The notes beneath the pieces were generated by a model that was not told the origin of the DNA, did not search any database, and was given only the letters and a program-made list of their open reading frames with translations. DNA of 28,814 bases. Source: a virus (Duplodnaviria; Caudoviricetes). Location: positions 1 to 28,814 of IMG/VR virus record IMGVR_UViG_3300025835_000030; one strand, 5' to 3'. This document shows, in pieces, positions 1 to 9,165 of the stretch. A program made the position numbers and the translations under genes. Within the stretch, counting starts at the first letter, position 1. Each line of letters starts with the position of its first letter.

Positions 1-1
1 T

Positions 2-469
2 TAATTGGTCTTGAATAGTTGCAGCTGCCGGAACGGTTTGACCATTAGCATATTTTCCTAAAGTTTTCCCTGCAGATAAAACGACTTGAATGGATGGCGC
101 ACTTAAATCTATTACGGCGGTTGATCCAATTACCCAAATAGCATCATCGGCATCCCAAAGTGCATTTTGTATATCATTACCAACGCCCTCATCAACGTGT
201 GCATAACTGCCATCTTCGGGCGCAGGATAAGCAGCTGTTAAAGCTGCAAGTGAAAGGTGCTTGCCTTTGTAATAGGGGTCTTTTAACGGAATAACAATTG
301 TGGAATTATCATCCAATGTAATGGTAATATTGTCAGCATCTTGAGCTACATTTTTAACAATTTTACCCTCATCTTTATGGAAAAAAGAGTCCAAAATATT
401 TTGCCAACGCACCGCTAAATCGGGGCATTTGTTATAATCAACTAAAATGGCTTTACTTTGTTTTGTCAT
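2..469 (-). CDS. Partial tail/tail-fibre-associated protein (runs off the left edge)
   Basis: Not in ORF track; translated by hand from ATG at 469: MTKQSKAILVDYNKCPDLAVRWQNILDSFFHKDEGK...AATIQDQL with no stop to the edge; starts 2 nt after the stop of 472..756; lies after baseplate genes. Confidence 0.65.
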   Translation of the reverse strand, partial: MTKQSKAILVDYNKCPDLAVRWQNILDSFFHKDEGKIVKNVAQDADNITITLDDNSTIVIPLKDPYYKGKHLSLAALTAAYPAPEDGSYAHVDEGVGNDIQNALWDADDAIWVIGSTAVIDLSAPSIQVVLSAGKTLGKYANGQTVPAAATIQDQL

Positions 470-471
470 AA

Positions 472-756
472 TTATGGTTTAAAACATTCATATAATTTAT
501 CTTCACATCTCAATTGTGGTAGCAACATCACATCGTTTAAGGCTGTTGCCGGTTCAATACTATTAGCGCCATAATACCTTGCTACATCACTATTAAGCAC
601 TAAACCATCAGGTATCGATAATTCCATTCCCGGTGTTACTTTTGCCGTAGGTACTAAAGCGTTGGCTAAGGCTATTTTTAACCAGTTTAAAGGGCTCCCG
701 GTAGCCTGAATAGACAAGTCAATTAATGACTGATTATTTTGCGAAATGAGTATCAT
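472..756 (-). CDS. LysM-like baseplate protein (P2 gpX/T4 gp53-like)
   Basis: N-terminal QSLIDLSIQATGS..WLKIALAN matches a LysM-like pattern; baseplate cluster. Confidence 0.65.
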   Translation of the reverse strand: MILISQNNQSLIDLSIQATGSPLNWLKIALANALVPTAKVTPGMELSIPDGLVLNSDVARYYGANSIEPATALNDVMLLPQLRCEDKLYECFKP

Positions 757-1079
757 TCTTTATTATCCAGTTGTCTCCTTAAATCTAAATTTTCTCTTTT
801 CAAATTGTTGTTAATCCGTTTATGCAACTTTATTTCATCCTCTAAAACTTTGACTTTTCTCTCGTACATTTCTACAATTTCAATAAACTTTTTTTCATAT
901 CTAACTCCTAAATCGTCAAGAGCAGCAACATAAATTTTTATAATTTTTGCCTCATTATCTGTTTCTAAACCTGAAGTTATCGCTTTATTTTTTCTTTTTT
1001 CAAAAATAAGCGCGATAAGGCTTCCACTGCCAAAAAGGGTAGCCACTATAATTGAAATATTTGCTATTGTAAATTCCAT
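753..1079 (-). CDS. Membrane protein with N-terminal TM helix and coiled coil (holin/spanin-like, uncertain)
   Basis: Hydrophobic IANISIIVATLFGSGSLIALIF followed by a heptad-rich charged C-terminus. Confidence 0.5.
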   Translation of the reverse strand: MEFTIANISIIVATLFGSGSLIALIFEKRKNKAITSGLETDNEAKIIKIYVAALDDLGVRYEKKFIEIVEMYERKVKVLEDEIKLHKRINNNLKRENLDLRRQLDNKE

Positions 1080-1355
1080 CTATGTTGTTTTTAATTTTAT
1101 ACGTTCTTTTAACTCATCATAACTTTTGCCATCTCTGGCTAACTGTACTTTGACCAATTGCTTCACCTCGAGCTCAGAAGTGTTGCTATTAATTAGTCTA
1201 ATCAAATCTGTTCCCAACAATGGATCTTCCTTTAGCTCTCCTTTATTCATTCGCAGGATAAGTCCCACCTCCTGATCTACACTATCACCAATAGCAAAAT
1301 CGCCATTAGCAATGGTTACGTCATCATCATTTATATTTAAGAGTACATCTGTCAT
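1080..1355 (-). CDS. Baseplate wedge protein, gp25/GpW-like
   Basis: 91 aa, GDFAIGDS..QEV..IL...KGELKEDPLLG pattern; follows the spike gene. Confidence 0.6.
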   Translation of the reverse strand: MTDVLLNINDDDVTIANGDFAIGDSVDQEVGLILRMNKGELKEDPLLGTDLIRLINSNTSELEVKQLVKVQLARDGKSYDELKERIKLKTT

Positions 1356-1555
1356 TGTATCGTCGTTGTTACGGTTGCACCGTCGGAACTGCTACCGGTT
1401 GTGGTGCGACCTTGCACAAATTGGGCTATTAAATTGGCTTGCTCAATAGCTAATTGATGTCGCGCTTCAGCAGGTATAATATCTACTTTGTCAGACCAAA
1501 AATTATATAAGTCTTCAAGTCCTTGCGCTAATTGTGCTTCAGTTATTGCTGCCAT
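1352..1555 (-). CDS. Hypothetical baseplate-region protein
   Basis: 67 aa ORF tightly coupled to its neighbours (ATGA overlap). Confidence 0.55.
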   Translation of the reverse strand: MAAITEAQLAQGLEDLYNFWSDKVDIIPAEARHQLAIEQANLIAQFVQGRTTTGSSSDGATVTTTIQ

Positions 1556-1559
1556 ATTA

Positions 1560-2036
1560 TTATGCTATTAAAACAGTATTTAATCGTTGTTTAATTAGTG
1601 TTACAGCCGCCACATTAATGGTTCTACCTTGTATCACTACTATTTTATTTAATTCATCAATCAGATCGTCCAGTATCGTTTTTAAACTCTCGTCGCCTTG
1701 CTTTAAAACAAAACCTGTTTCTTTAATAGTAAAGGCGGTATTACCGCTTATATAATTAGCCTCTTCAAATGCTTCAGCTTCTACTAAAAATGTTGCCGAT
1801 GTTTTATCGCCTAAAACGCCAAGCAGACATTTTGTACCTACTTTTGGTTTGCGATAAAATGAGCCCAAGCCTAACAGTACATTAAAATAGTCTAGCTCAT
1901 GAACAATACTGGTGGCCGTCATAGTCTTTTTTGTATAGTCAACACTTTTAACCGTTGCCCAAACCAATTGCGGATTAACAACACTCTTTTGTTGCGCTTT
2001 TAATAGCCTTGTAAATTCGTCTATCTCTTTTCCCAT
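1560..2036 (-). CDS. Baseplate spike protein (gpV/Mu gp45-like)
   Basis: N-terminal OB-fold-like segment ending in KPKVGTKCLLG, then short beta repeats; directly after the hub gene. Confidence 0.65.
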   Translation of the reverse strand: MGKEIDEFTRLLKAQQKSVVNPQLVWATVKSVDYTKKTMTATSIVHELDYFNVLLGLGSFYRKPKVGTKCLLGVLGDKTSATFLVEAEAFEEANYISGNTAFTIKETGFVLKQGDESLKTILDDLIDELNKIVVIQGRTINVAAVTLIKQRLNTVLIA

Positions 2037-3052
2037 TATGCCGTTACTTTATCGCCAAATTGTACTTTACGCCTAAATCCGTTTTCGTCAAAATCAATAA
2101 CCTTTTCCTCTACATAATACAAACCGTTTCTATCCGGATACAGGTCACTTACTAAATCCACTTTATTGCCGTGATTAATAACCGGAATACCATACGCCGT
2201 AATAGACCCTGCAAAACCATCTATTTTAAATTTTTTTAAGTCTCTCTCTGCAGCTTTCGTCAGTTCCGCCTTAACTGTGATATTCATTGGATATTGTAAT
2301 TTTTTTTCAAGCCCGTATTTATCACCTACTTCAACTTGCAATTTATCACCGTAAGTTTGCATTGATATGGCAATAATTTTAATCAATACATCTTCTTTAT
2401 TCCTGTAATTCAAGTCATTGTTTACGACATTTTTCTCAAGATGCAACTTGATGGGTTTTAAATTAGGATTGTCTTTATAATACTTAGCATCATCTTGATA
2501 TATTTTACCACTTACAAGCTGTTTTCCTTTAAAATAACTATATAGTCCCAATTCATCTCTTAAATACTCAAGCGCTTCTGGAACTGTTTTGTTTGGAAAT
2601 ATTACATCTCCAATTTCAGTTCCTTCTAGAATATCCATATCATAACCAGGTAATATTTTTGTCAAAAGTCCTTTTAATGTAGCCTTTTCTAGGCTTATGT
2701 TAATTGATTTCTTTTTAAGTTGATACATTTCATCTTCACATTTAATCACAATCGGAATATCGGCTGATACCTCAGTAACATAACCCTCAAACTCTTTGTA
2801 AAATTGTCCATTATAGCCAAGCTCGATACATACTGGGTCGCCTTTTTTAAAGAATCTATTAACATCTTTTATAGATAATTTTATCTTTTGGTCATCAATA
2901 AAAATGACATTTCTAGGAATGGTAATTATAGCCGTATCGGTAAGTCGTTTCCAACTGCTTTCTATATGAACCGATGTTACTTTTTTAAGAACAATCTTAT
3001 TGTGACTTTTCGTTTTAGAAAACGTTATTTTTGCATTCATCGCTAGTACCAT
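2036..3052 (-). CDS. Baseplate hub protein (P2 gpD/Mu gp44-like)
   Basis: 338 aa; LTDTAIITIPR, GDPVCIELGYNG..EFEGYV, IKCED, GSITAYGIP..GNKV, G.YYVE motifs; synteny. Confidence 0.8.
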   Translation of the reverse strand: MVLAMNAKITFSKTKSHNKIVLKKVTSVHIESSWKRLTDTAIITIPRNVIFIDDQKIKLSIKDVNRFFKKGDPVCIELGYNGQFYKEFEGYVTEVSADIPIVIKCEDEMYQLKKKSINISLEKATLKGLLTKILPGYDMDILEGTEIGDVIFPNKTVPEALEYLRDELGLYSYFKGKQLVSGKIYQDDAKYYKDNPNLKPIKLHLEKNVVNNDLNYRNKEDVLIKIIAISMQTYGDKLQVEVGDKYGLEKKLQYPMNITVKAELTKAAERDLKKFKIDGFAGSITAYGIPVINHGNKVDLVSDLYPDRNGLYYVEEKVIDFDENGFRRKVQFGDKVTA

Positions 3053-3681
3053 TATTTTCTCAATTCTAAAGGTTCATCACTACTACATTTTAGATAAAAA
3101 GGAATCACATCGGGTTTGCCTTTTAACTGATTGATGTCTATTTCGTCAATCGTAATATTGTAAATTTTATGATTGTCAAATAGCTGACCTATAACTTGAA
3201 TAGCGTCTGCAATGCCCTCATAACTCAATAACTGTAATTTTTGTTCCTCAGCTGTTTTGGCCGTTGGATGGCTTGGATCTGGAAGGCATAAGCCACGAAT
3301 ATCAATAGACCAATCGTCAAAGCCATACATCTCTTTAACTGTTCCATTAGCTGCCAAAGCTTTTGTTTTAGTAATAATTTTGCCACGTCTAAAATTAACG
3401 AGTGTAGCCGATGGCAATTCAAAATCGGCAAAGGATTTTGGCACAACATCGCCAAGATCATTAAATATTTGATAGTCTTTTCCTTTAAATAACATTGACC
3501 CCAAAATAGGCGTTCCTAAATGACTCATACGCGATGCCTCGTGTACGTTATTCGCAATAGGAATGCCGCTGTAATCAAAATTTGTACCTGCAGGTGTTTG
3601 ATTTGTATTAATGTTATAGGCGGCAATGCTTCTGATACCAAAAGCAAGGTCAAACAATTGTGCAATGTTATAATTATTCAT
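3052..3681 (-). CDS. Tail tube initiator/baseplate protein (DUF6046-like)
   Basis: K.I.KT....NGTVKE....DDWSIDIRG and C-terminal CSSDEP; follows the tape measure gene. Confidence 0.65.
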   Translation of the reverse strand: MNNYNIAQLFDLAFGIRSIAAYNINTNQTPAGTNFDYSGIPIANNVHEASRMSHLGTPILGSMLFKGKDYQIFNDLGDVVPKSFADFELPSATLVNFRRGKIITKTKALAANGTVKEMYGFDDWSIDIRGLCLPDPSHPTAKTAEEQKLQLLSYEGIADAIQVIGQLFDNHKIYNITIDEIDINQLKGKPDVIPFYLKCSSDEPLELRK

Positions 3682-5684
3682 TAGCCTAGTGAAATAGCGG
3701 CATCCCGCAATTTGTCGTTAATTTTACCTACAATCTTATCGGCAAACTCATCAATGTTTCCTTTTAAGTGCCCGCCTGTGATATTAAAATAGTTTTTAAT
3801 GTCTAAATTCATCGTAATTGATTTTCCTGAACCGCCGCCTCCTGTTCCGGTTACACCCATATCACTACTTTTCGGTAAACTGCCAGTTGGTTTTACTTTT
3901 AAGCCACCAAAAGGGTCCGGCTCGTTTGGAGGTGGAATTATATTTCCGTCCTTATCATATTTAACTTTAATCTCAGCCTTTAAATCATCGCCAAAACCAA
4001 AGAATTTTTTAATATCTCCCCATACTTCTTTTATCTTATTCCAAAAACCGAGTACCAGACCTTTTACATATTCAAATACTTCTGAAACTTTTGCCTTGAA
4101 GCCAGGGAATATTATGTCAACTAAATCTATAATAAATTTAAAAGGACTGTGATTCCATACCCAAGTTGTAAAACTTATAATGGCATTTTTAATGTTGTCC
4201 CAATATTTTACCAATAAAACAATCGCGCCAATAGCTAATCCTATACCTATTACAATCGCACCGATTGGATTGGCATTCATAGCAATGTTTAAGCCCATTT
4301 GTGCGGCTGTGGCCGAAACCAAACCTACCACATACGATCCTAATCCTGTTAATGCTGTAAAAACAAAACTTCCGGCTGATTTTAAAGCATTCCAACCGGT
4401 TAAGACTACTGATTTACCAAACAAAAAGGCTTGCGTTCCTGCCCATTTAAAACCGCCGCCAATCATTTTTAAGCCTTTGCCTAATTTAGTATCCATTATC
4501 AAGGCAACACCTTGCTGTGCGCGTTTTAAATCGGCTAACACATCGATAGCTTCAAAGCCGCCATTAATAAATGGTAAAAAACTTTTAGAACCATTAAATA
4601 TTGAAATGCCGATGTCTTTAAAAAAGGCACTGTACCGGCTCATTTTTTCTGAATAGGTTGCCATAATGGTAGTAGCCTGTTCGGTAGCTACATTAGTGCC
4701 TGTAATTTTAGATAATAAGTCATCCTGTGCATCAACACTACGTGTTAAGATAGTAGCTCCTGCGGCGTTTTCAACACCAAATATTTGCGCAAATGCCGTA
4801 GCATCATTTTGCGCCTTACCTAGTTCTCGTAAACGGGTTGTAAATGGCAAAGATGTGTCAGATACAATCTTCATATTGACACCATAATGCTTAAGCTTTT
4901 TAAGTGCTTCAGCTGGTATCACATCTTCGCCCGCTATTTTATTTAAAACATTTCGCAAGGCCATACCACCTTCAGCCCCGGCTTTACCACCACGCGCCAA
5001 TTCTTGAATAGCGGCATTGGTTTCGGCAAACGATACTTTAGCTTGAGAAGCTGCAACACCCGACACTCTGATAGCTTGAGTGACTTCGGGTACTTCAGCA
5101 GAACCAAACTTAGCCCCCGCCGCCATCACATTCATTTGATTGCTCATTTCGGCAGCGGCTTTTATAGGGTCTGCAAGGTCAATTCTAAATTGCAGCATCG
5201 AAGTGGTTAACGCATCAACTGCGCCTTTTGTATCGCCTTTCATTGTTTTTGAAAGGGTCAACACGTTAGTATTCATACTATCAAGTGCCGGTTCGCTTTT
5301 AGCGATATCGGGGCCTAGTTTTGATAAGATAATTTTGTAGTTTTCGAGCGAATCTGAAGCATCGCCACCAAAGTTTTTAGCCGATTGGCGCGCCTTTAAT
5401 CCTAGACTGTCTAAAGCCTTTCCGGTAACGCCTGTAATAGCTTCTACATCTGCTAATCCGGATTGAAATTTAATGCCTGGCGCAACGGCTTCGTCAAGTC
5501 TATTTTTCAGACTTCTAAAGCCCTCGGCAATGGCACTGATATTAATTGCTGATGTATCTTTAAGTTGTTTGTTTAACACACCAGTCTTGCCGGAAATCGA
5601 TTTGATGTTTCCGTCAATATTTTTAAGCGGACTTGTAATATTGTCCACCAATTCTAATATCCACTTTGTGTTAAAACTTGACAT
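3681..5684 (-). CDS. Tail tape measure protein (TP901-family core)
   Basis: 667 aa, Ala/Gly-rich helical; FQSGLADVEAITG, MNANPIGAIVIGIGLAIGAIVLLVKYWD, Trp/Phe periodicity; downstream of the chaperone. Confidence 0.93.
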   Translation of the reverse strand: MSSFNTKWILELVDNITSPLKNIDGNIKSISGKTGVLNKQLKDTSAINISAIAEGFRSLKNRLDEAVAPGIKFQSGLADVEAITGVTGKALDSLGLKARQSAKNFGGDASDSLENYKIILSKLGPDIAKSEPALDSMNTNVLTLSKTMKGDTKGAVDALTTSMLQFRIDLADPIKAAAEMSNQMNVMAAGAKFGSAEVPEVTQAIRVSGVAASQAKVSFAETNAAIQELARGGKAGAEGGMALRNVLNKIAGEDVIPAEALKKLKHYGVNMKIVSDTSLPFTTRLRELGKAQNDATAFAQIFGVENAAGATILTRSVDAQDDLLSKITGTNVATEQATTIMATYSEKMSRYSAFFKDIGISIFNGSKSFLPFINGGFEAIDVLADLKRAQQGVALIMDTKLGKGLKMIGGGFKWAGTQAFLFGKSVVLTGWNALKSAGSFVFTALTGLGSYVVGLVSATAAQMGLNIAMNANPIGAIVIGIGLAIGAIVLLVKYWDNIKNAIISFTTWVWNHSPFKFIIDLVDIIFPGFKAKVSEVFEYVKGLVLGFWNKIKEVWGDIKKFFGFGDDLKAEIKVKYDKDGNIIPPPNEPDPFGGLKVKPTGSLPKSSDMGVTGTGGGGSGKSITMNLDIKNYFNITGGHLKGNIDEFADKIVGKINDKLRDAAISLG

Positions 5685-5695
5685 ATTCTAATTTT

Positions 5696-5731
5696 AAAAA
5701 AATAACGAGCCTTAATTTTAAGGCTCGTTAT
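5696..5731 (-). terminator. Intrinsic terminator between tail chaperone and tape measure
   Basis: Inverted repeat ATAACGAGCCTTAA-TT-TTAAGGCTCGTTAT (5702-5731) followed by a T-run on the minus strand. Confidence 0.75.
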
Positions 5732-5759
5732 CAACTAATATTAACTAATTCTCATTTAT

Positions 5760-5981
5760 TTAATTTGATTCAGTCCCGCCAAAGAGCCTCGCTAGCATTT
5801 CTGATTGTAACTTGATATCTAATCTTTTTAACCAAATCGCTTCTTGGTATAATTTAGCCCAAGCTTCTAAAGGCAACTGTTCCGGCTCGATTTTAAAAGC
5901 CTGCCTTATCAGCGCATTGCCTTTTAGATATTCATCATAGCCGTCATCGTCATTTATGGCAGCTTGGGCTATAACTTTTTT
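5760..5981 (-). CDS. -1 frameshift extension of the tail assembly chaperone (lambda gpGT-like)
   Basis: Slippery A AAA AAG at 5981-5975; the -1 frame is open for 71 codons (VIAQAAINDDDGYDEYLKGNALIRQAFKIEPEQLPLEAWAKLYQEAIWL...GGTESN) to TAA at 5762-5760. Confidence 0.85.
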   Translation of the reverse strand, partial: KKVIAQAAINDDDGYDEYLKGNALIRQAFKIEPEQLPLEAWAKLYQEAIWLKRLDIKLQSEMLARLFGGTESN

Positions 5982-6283
5982 CCTTCAGCTTCTATTACTT
6001 TAAATAATTTGCCAATGTACTGGATAACGCCAAGCACCATTTCAGAATCGTTCACTACGGCATCACTACCAGCAATTCTAGTCGAATTAAACATAATCAT
6101 ACCACTTTGAACCGGGTCACTTTCGGCATATTTTGCAGCTGCAGATATGATGTTTAAATCGGGTTTTTTTACATAGGTATAATGTACATCATCATCTCTA
6201 ACCGATTTAATTTCATAAACCTCGCTGTATTTTGCTTTAAGCGCAACAATCTCCTCTTTAGAGGCTTTGCCTATTTCTGCCAT
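5969..6283 (-). CDS. Tail assembly chaperone (gpG-like)
   Basis: Between tube and tape measure; ATG at 6283 overlaps the tube stop (TAATG); ends in a slippery site. Confidence 0.85.
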   Translation of the reverse strand: MAEIGKASKEEIVALKAKYSEVYEIKSVRDDDVHYTYVKKPDLNIISAAAKYAESDPVQSGMIMFNSTRIAGSDAVVNDSEMVLGVIQYIGKLFKVIEAEGKKL

Positions 6284-6708
6284 TATACGTTCCAATTAAT
6301 ATGTGAGCAATTCAAAGTATGATCAGTACTGATGGTTTTATCACCTTGTTTAACATCAATGCCGTTATTTTTAAATCGGCAGTTGTGAATGACGTCTTTG
6401 TAAACACGTCCTTGGTATTCGTAAGCTACCACAATTGGGAAAGCTGGAATATCTTGAATTCGCATACCTTTAGGCAATGAATCTTGAATAGCTAAACGCT
6501 CTTCAATGGTCAGTTCAATAGAGGCTTTGGCTTTATAGTTGCCTTCGCTTTCGCCAACAGGCATATCGCCGGCACCGTATTCGTTGTCAATCTCTTTTTC
6601 ATCGTCGTAAGCAATCTTTCGAATACCTACTACGTCTCTGCCAAATAAACGGCATGTCACCGAATTCCAACCGGCCATTTTACCAAATGCATTTATAATC
6701 GTTGTCAT
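6283..6708 (-). CDS. Tail tube protein
   Basis: 141 aa, beta-rich, YGAGDMPV...GNYKAKASIEL; directly after the sheath. Confidence 0.85.
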   Translation of the reverse strand: MTTIINAFGKMAGWNSVTCRLFGRDVVGIRKIAYDDEKEIDNEYGAGDMPVGESEGNYKAKASIELTIEERLAIQDSLPKGMRIQDIPAFPIVVAYEYQGRVYKDVIHNCRFKNNGIDVKQGDKTISTDHTLNCSHINWNV

Positions 6709-6710
6709 CT

Positions 6711-7928
6711 TTATTGTAATTTATTGGTTAAACCTAAGTCAAAACTCATCTCATGAATGATGTTGTTAAACACCAGTTCGCCTTTAATTTTTAAGGCGAC
6801 GTCGTTGGTAATATCCTGTTTAGGGTCAACGTAAACATCGCGTCCGCTAATCTCGCCTGCTGATGTCATTTGGTCAATGGCTTTTTCGGCCATTACCTCA
6901 AGTTCAGTAGCCTCAATATCTCTTATAAATCCCGTTGCCGGGTCTTTTAATAAATTCGATTTAACCCGAGGCAATAAGGCGATACGAACCAAATCGGCTG
7001 CCTTATCCCAAACACGGTTGTTCTCAATTCTTGAGTAATCGGATGTCTTAATTATACAAGTATGTGAGTCATTAAAATAGAAGCCTGGATAACCGTTATA
7101 GAATCCCACAAAAATGTAGGCTTTATCGTTAAGTGCTTGTATATCGGTATCCGATAGACTTGCCACATCTTTACCATCTTGTAAAACGGCTGTAAGCCAT
7201 CTTTGACGTGCCACATCGGTTAAAGAGTAATTTAAACTACCTTTAAAGGCACGTGGTTTTTGTTGGATATCTACCGAGCCAATATTCTCATTCACGCTTC
7301 GTACAGATATCGCTCCTAGAGCTGTGCCAATAGCCGCATAAGTGGCATAAGCCGCTTTTAAATTGCGAATTATTGGGTCTTGACCAATCACTATGGCTAC
7401 ATTTCCTGCAGCATAAGTTCGTGCATCTACATAAGCCGAAATTAAGGTAGCTAAGATAAACTCAGCACCCTCTACCAATACAGTTGAAATATTACGATTG
7501 GCGGTTCTTAACTCCGTTATCATTGTTTGATAATTGGCTATATAAACAGCCATATCTAATGGTGCTACCAAGTTATTTCTAACAAAACCAACGTTTTTAA
7601 TGGTTGGATTGGCTATTAACACCGCTTTGATTTCGGCCGTGGTTAACGTGTTGTCATCTAAAACCACAAATAAATTGCCGTTTGGTGACACGCGGAAAAA
7701 CTCATCAATATGATGATGCGCCAATATGCTATTGGTATCGTCATAAGATGGTGTGATGCCAAGAGCTTCAGCATCTTCAATGGCTAATAACTCAACTGCT
7801 GTTTTTAATGCCAATCCGGTTGCTGCTACAGCACCACCAATAACTAGCAAGCAAACGCCATCTTGAGCGGAATTTTTACGACCAAGACCGCCATTGAGTC
7901 TGTTTATATTTACACCGTTAAATCCCAT
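6711..7928 (-). CDS. Contractile tail sheath protein (DUF2586-like)
   Basis: 405 aa; LNDKAYIF...YPGFYFND, SDYSRIENNRVWDKA, VYVDPKQDI C-terminal sheath motifs. Confidence 0.88.
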   Translation of the reverse strand: MGFNGVNINRLNGGLGRKNSAQDGVCLLVIGGAVAATGLALKTAVELLAIEDAEALGITPSYDDTNSILAHHHIDEFFRVSPNGNLFVVLDDNTLTTAEIKAVLIANPTIKNVGFVRNNLVAPLDMAVYIANYQTMITELRTANRNISTVLVEGAEFILATLISAYVDARTYAAGNVAIVIGQDPIIRNLKAAYATYAAIGTALGAISVRSVNENIGSVDIQQKPRAFKGSLNYSLTDVARQRWLTAVLQDGKDVASLSDTDIQALNDKAYIFVGFYNGYPGFYFNDSHTCIIKTSDYSRIENNRVWDKAADLVRIALLPRVKSNLLKDPATGFIRDIEATELEVMAEKAIDQMTSAGEISGRDVYVDPKQDITNDVALKIKGELVFNNIIHEMSFDLGLTNKLQ

Positions 7929-8266
7929 TATGCTACAATTTCAGAATTAATAACAGTTTCTATCAACTTTACGCGCTCTCCATTATTTGGGGCGTTAGAA
8001 ATATCCACACCTTTTTCTTTGGCTACTGCTTCAAGTTCGGCTTTAGTCATTTTAGATAACGGCTTTGGTTCTGCAGCTACAATAAAGTCTTCTTTCTTAA
8101 TCGTAATGACTTCCATTTTCTTACCAGATACATTGGTATTAGCATGTAAATCGGCAGCGTTTTTATGAAAGAACATAAAACCGTCTGAAGTAAAAAATAC
8201 TTCGACTAAATTTTCGTCTTTTTTAAATTCTTTGTCAGCAATTGCTTGCAACTCTGTTTTTTTCAT
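7928..8266 (-). CDS. Hypothetical virion protein with C-terminal HeH/Rho-N-like helix pair
   Basis: LSKMTKAELEAVAKEKGVDI...ERVKLI pattern. Confidence 0.55.
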   Translation of the reverse strand: MKKTELQAIADKEFKKDENLVEVFFTSDGFMFFHKNAADLHANTNVSGKKMEVITIKKEDFIVAAEPKPLSKMTKAELEAVAKEKGVDISNAPNNGERVKLIETVINSEIVA

Positions 8267-8271
8267 GATAC

Positions 8272-8682
8272 TTAGTTTTTGTTTTTGTTTTTAAAAATAT
8301 CGGTTATTTGAGGGGCAACTTTTTCTACAGATCTACCGATGACATAACCGCCGATACCGAGTCTTAATAATTCCCAAAAATCGGGTTCTAAGACTGTATT
8401 TGGTAAATGAAAAGCCGGAGCAATAAATTTTGAGTACATCACAATAAAACCAAATGATAACATCAAAATTGGTCGCCAAGAGCGTTGTAACCAGTTGCCG
8501 GTTGCCTCAGCCATAATGATGTCTTTACCCATTTGCAAAAGCTCAAGGCTTTTGGCATTTATGATTTTTTCGAGCTCATTACGCGCTTGTAGTTTTTCTT
8601 CTTTTGAAGTAAATAGTTTATCCAAACCATTACCAATAGCATCTACTAACTCGCCTGTAAACCAATTTAAAATTTTGTTCAT
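8272..8682 (-). CDS. Holin, 3TM/GTA-type
   Basis: EA.GNWLQRSWRPIL, hydrophobic helices, GGYVIGRSVEK; adjacent to the lysin. Confidence 0.85.
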   Translation of the reverse strand: MNKILNWFTGELVDAIGNGLDKLFTSKEEKLQARNELEKIINAKSLELLQMGKDIIMAEATGNWLQRSWRPILMLSFGFIVMYSKFIAPAFHLPNTVLEPDFWELLRLGIGGYVIGRSVEKVAPQITDIFKNKNKN

Positions 8683-9101
8683 AATCTGCGATATTGAAGC
8701 AGTCTTTCTTTTGGGTAAGCTGCTATTTTCACTTCGTTACTTTGATTGCCGCCCAATACATATATAAAGTTATCGGTGGCTCTGATAAAAAAGGCAACAT
8801 GACCTTTCCAACTGTCTTTAGACTCGCGCCAAAAAATAACGACGTCGCCTATTATGGGTTCGTCCACATGATTGCCAACATTTAGCCAGCTTCTTGCGGT
8901 TAACTTATTACTTCTATCAACACCTGCTTGAATGGCTACCCAGTTAACAAAAGCCGAGCACCATGAAGTTTCGTCTTTTAGTTGTTTGCCATCAAGACCC
9001 ATCGCATCAAAATATTTTAGCACTTCAGGATTATCCTGAGATCCCTCAATTTCTTTGATGCCGTATTGGCTTAATGCGGTGTTAATTAGGTTTGTGTTCA
9101 T
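8679..9101 (-). CDS. Endolysin, TIGR02594/NlpC-P60(CHAP)-like peptidase
   Basis: DETSWCSAFVNW (catalytic Cys), ARSWL, GHVAFF (His), LGGNQSNEV. Confidence 0.9.
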   Translation of the reverse strand: MNTNLINTALSQYGIKEIEGSQDNPEVLKYFDAMGLDGKQLKDETSWCSAFVNWVAIQAGVDRSNKLTARSWLNVGNHVDEPIIGDVVIFWRESKDSWKGHVAFFIRATDNFIYVLGGNQSNEVKIAAYPKERLLQYRRL

Positions 9102-9117
9102 ATAGCTTATTCCCCAT

Positions 9118-9158
9118 AAGGGTGGAGCCTGCTTGTGTTAAGCAGTGCTCCCCTTTTT
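9118..9158. other. Intergenic stem-loop downstream of the capsid gene
   Basis: AAGGGTGGAGCCTGCTT...AAGCAGTGCTCCCCTT imperfect inverted repeat; T-run on the plus strand only. Confidence 0.55.
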
Positions 9159-9165
9159 ATAATTT

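Noticed and set aside
472-7928. Stand-alone contractile injection system/tailocin
   Set aside because: Capsid, protease, portal, terminase and transposase are all present, so this is a phage tail
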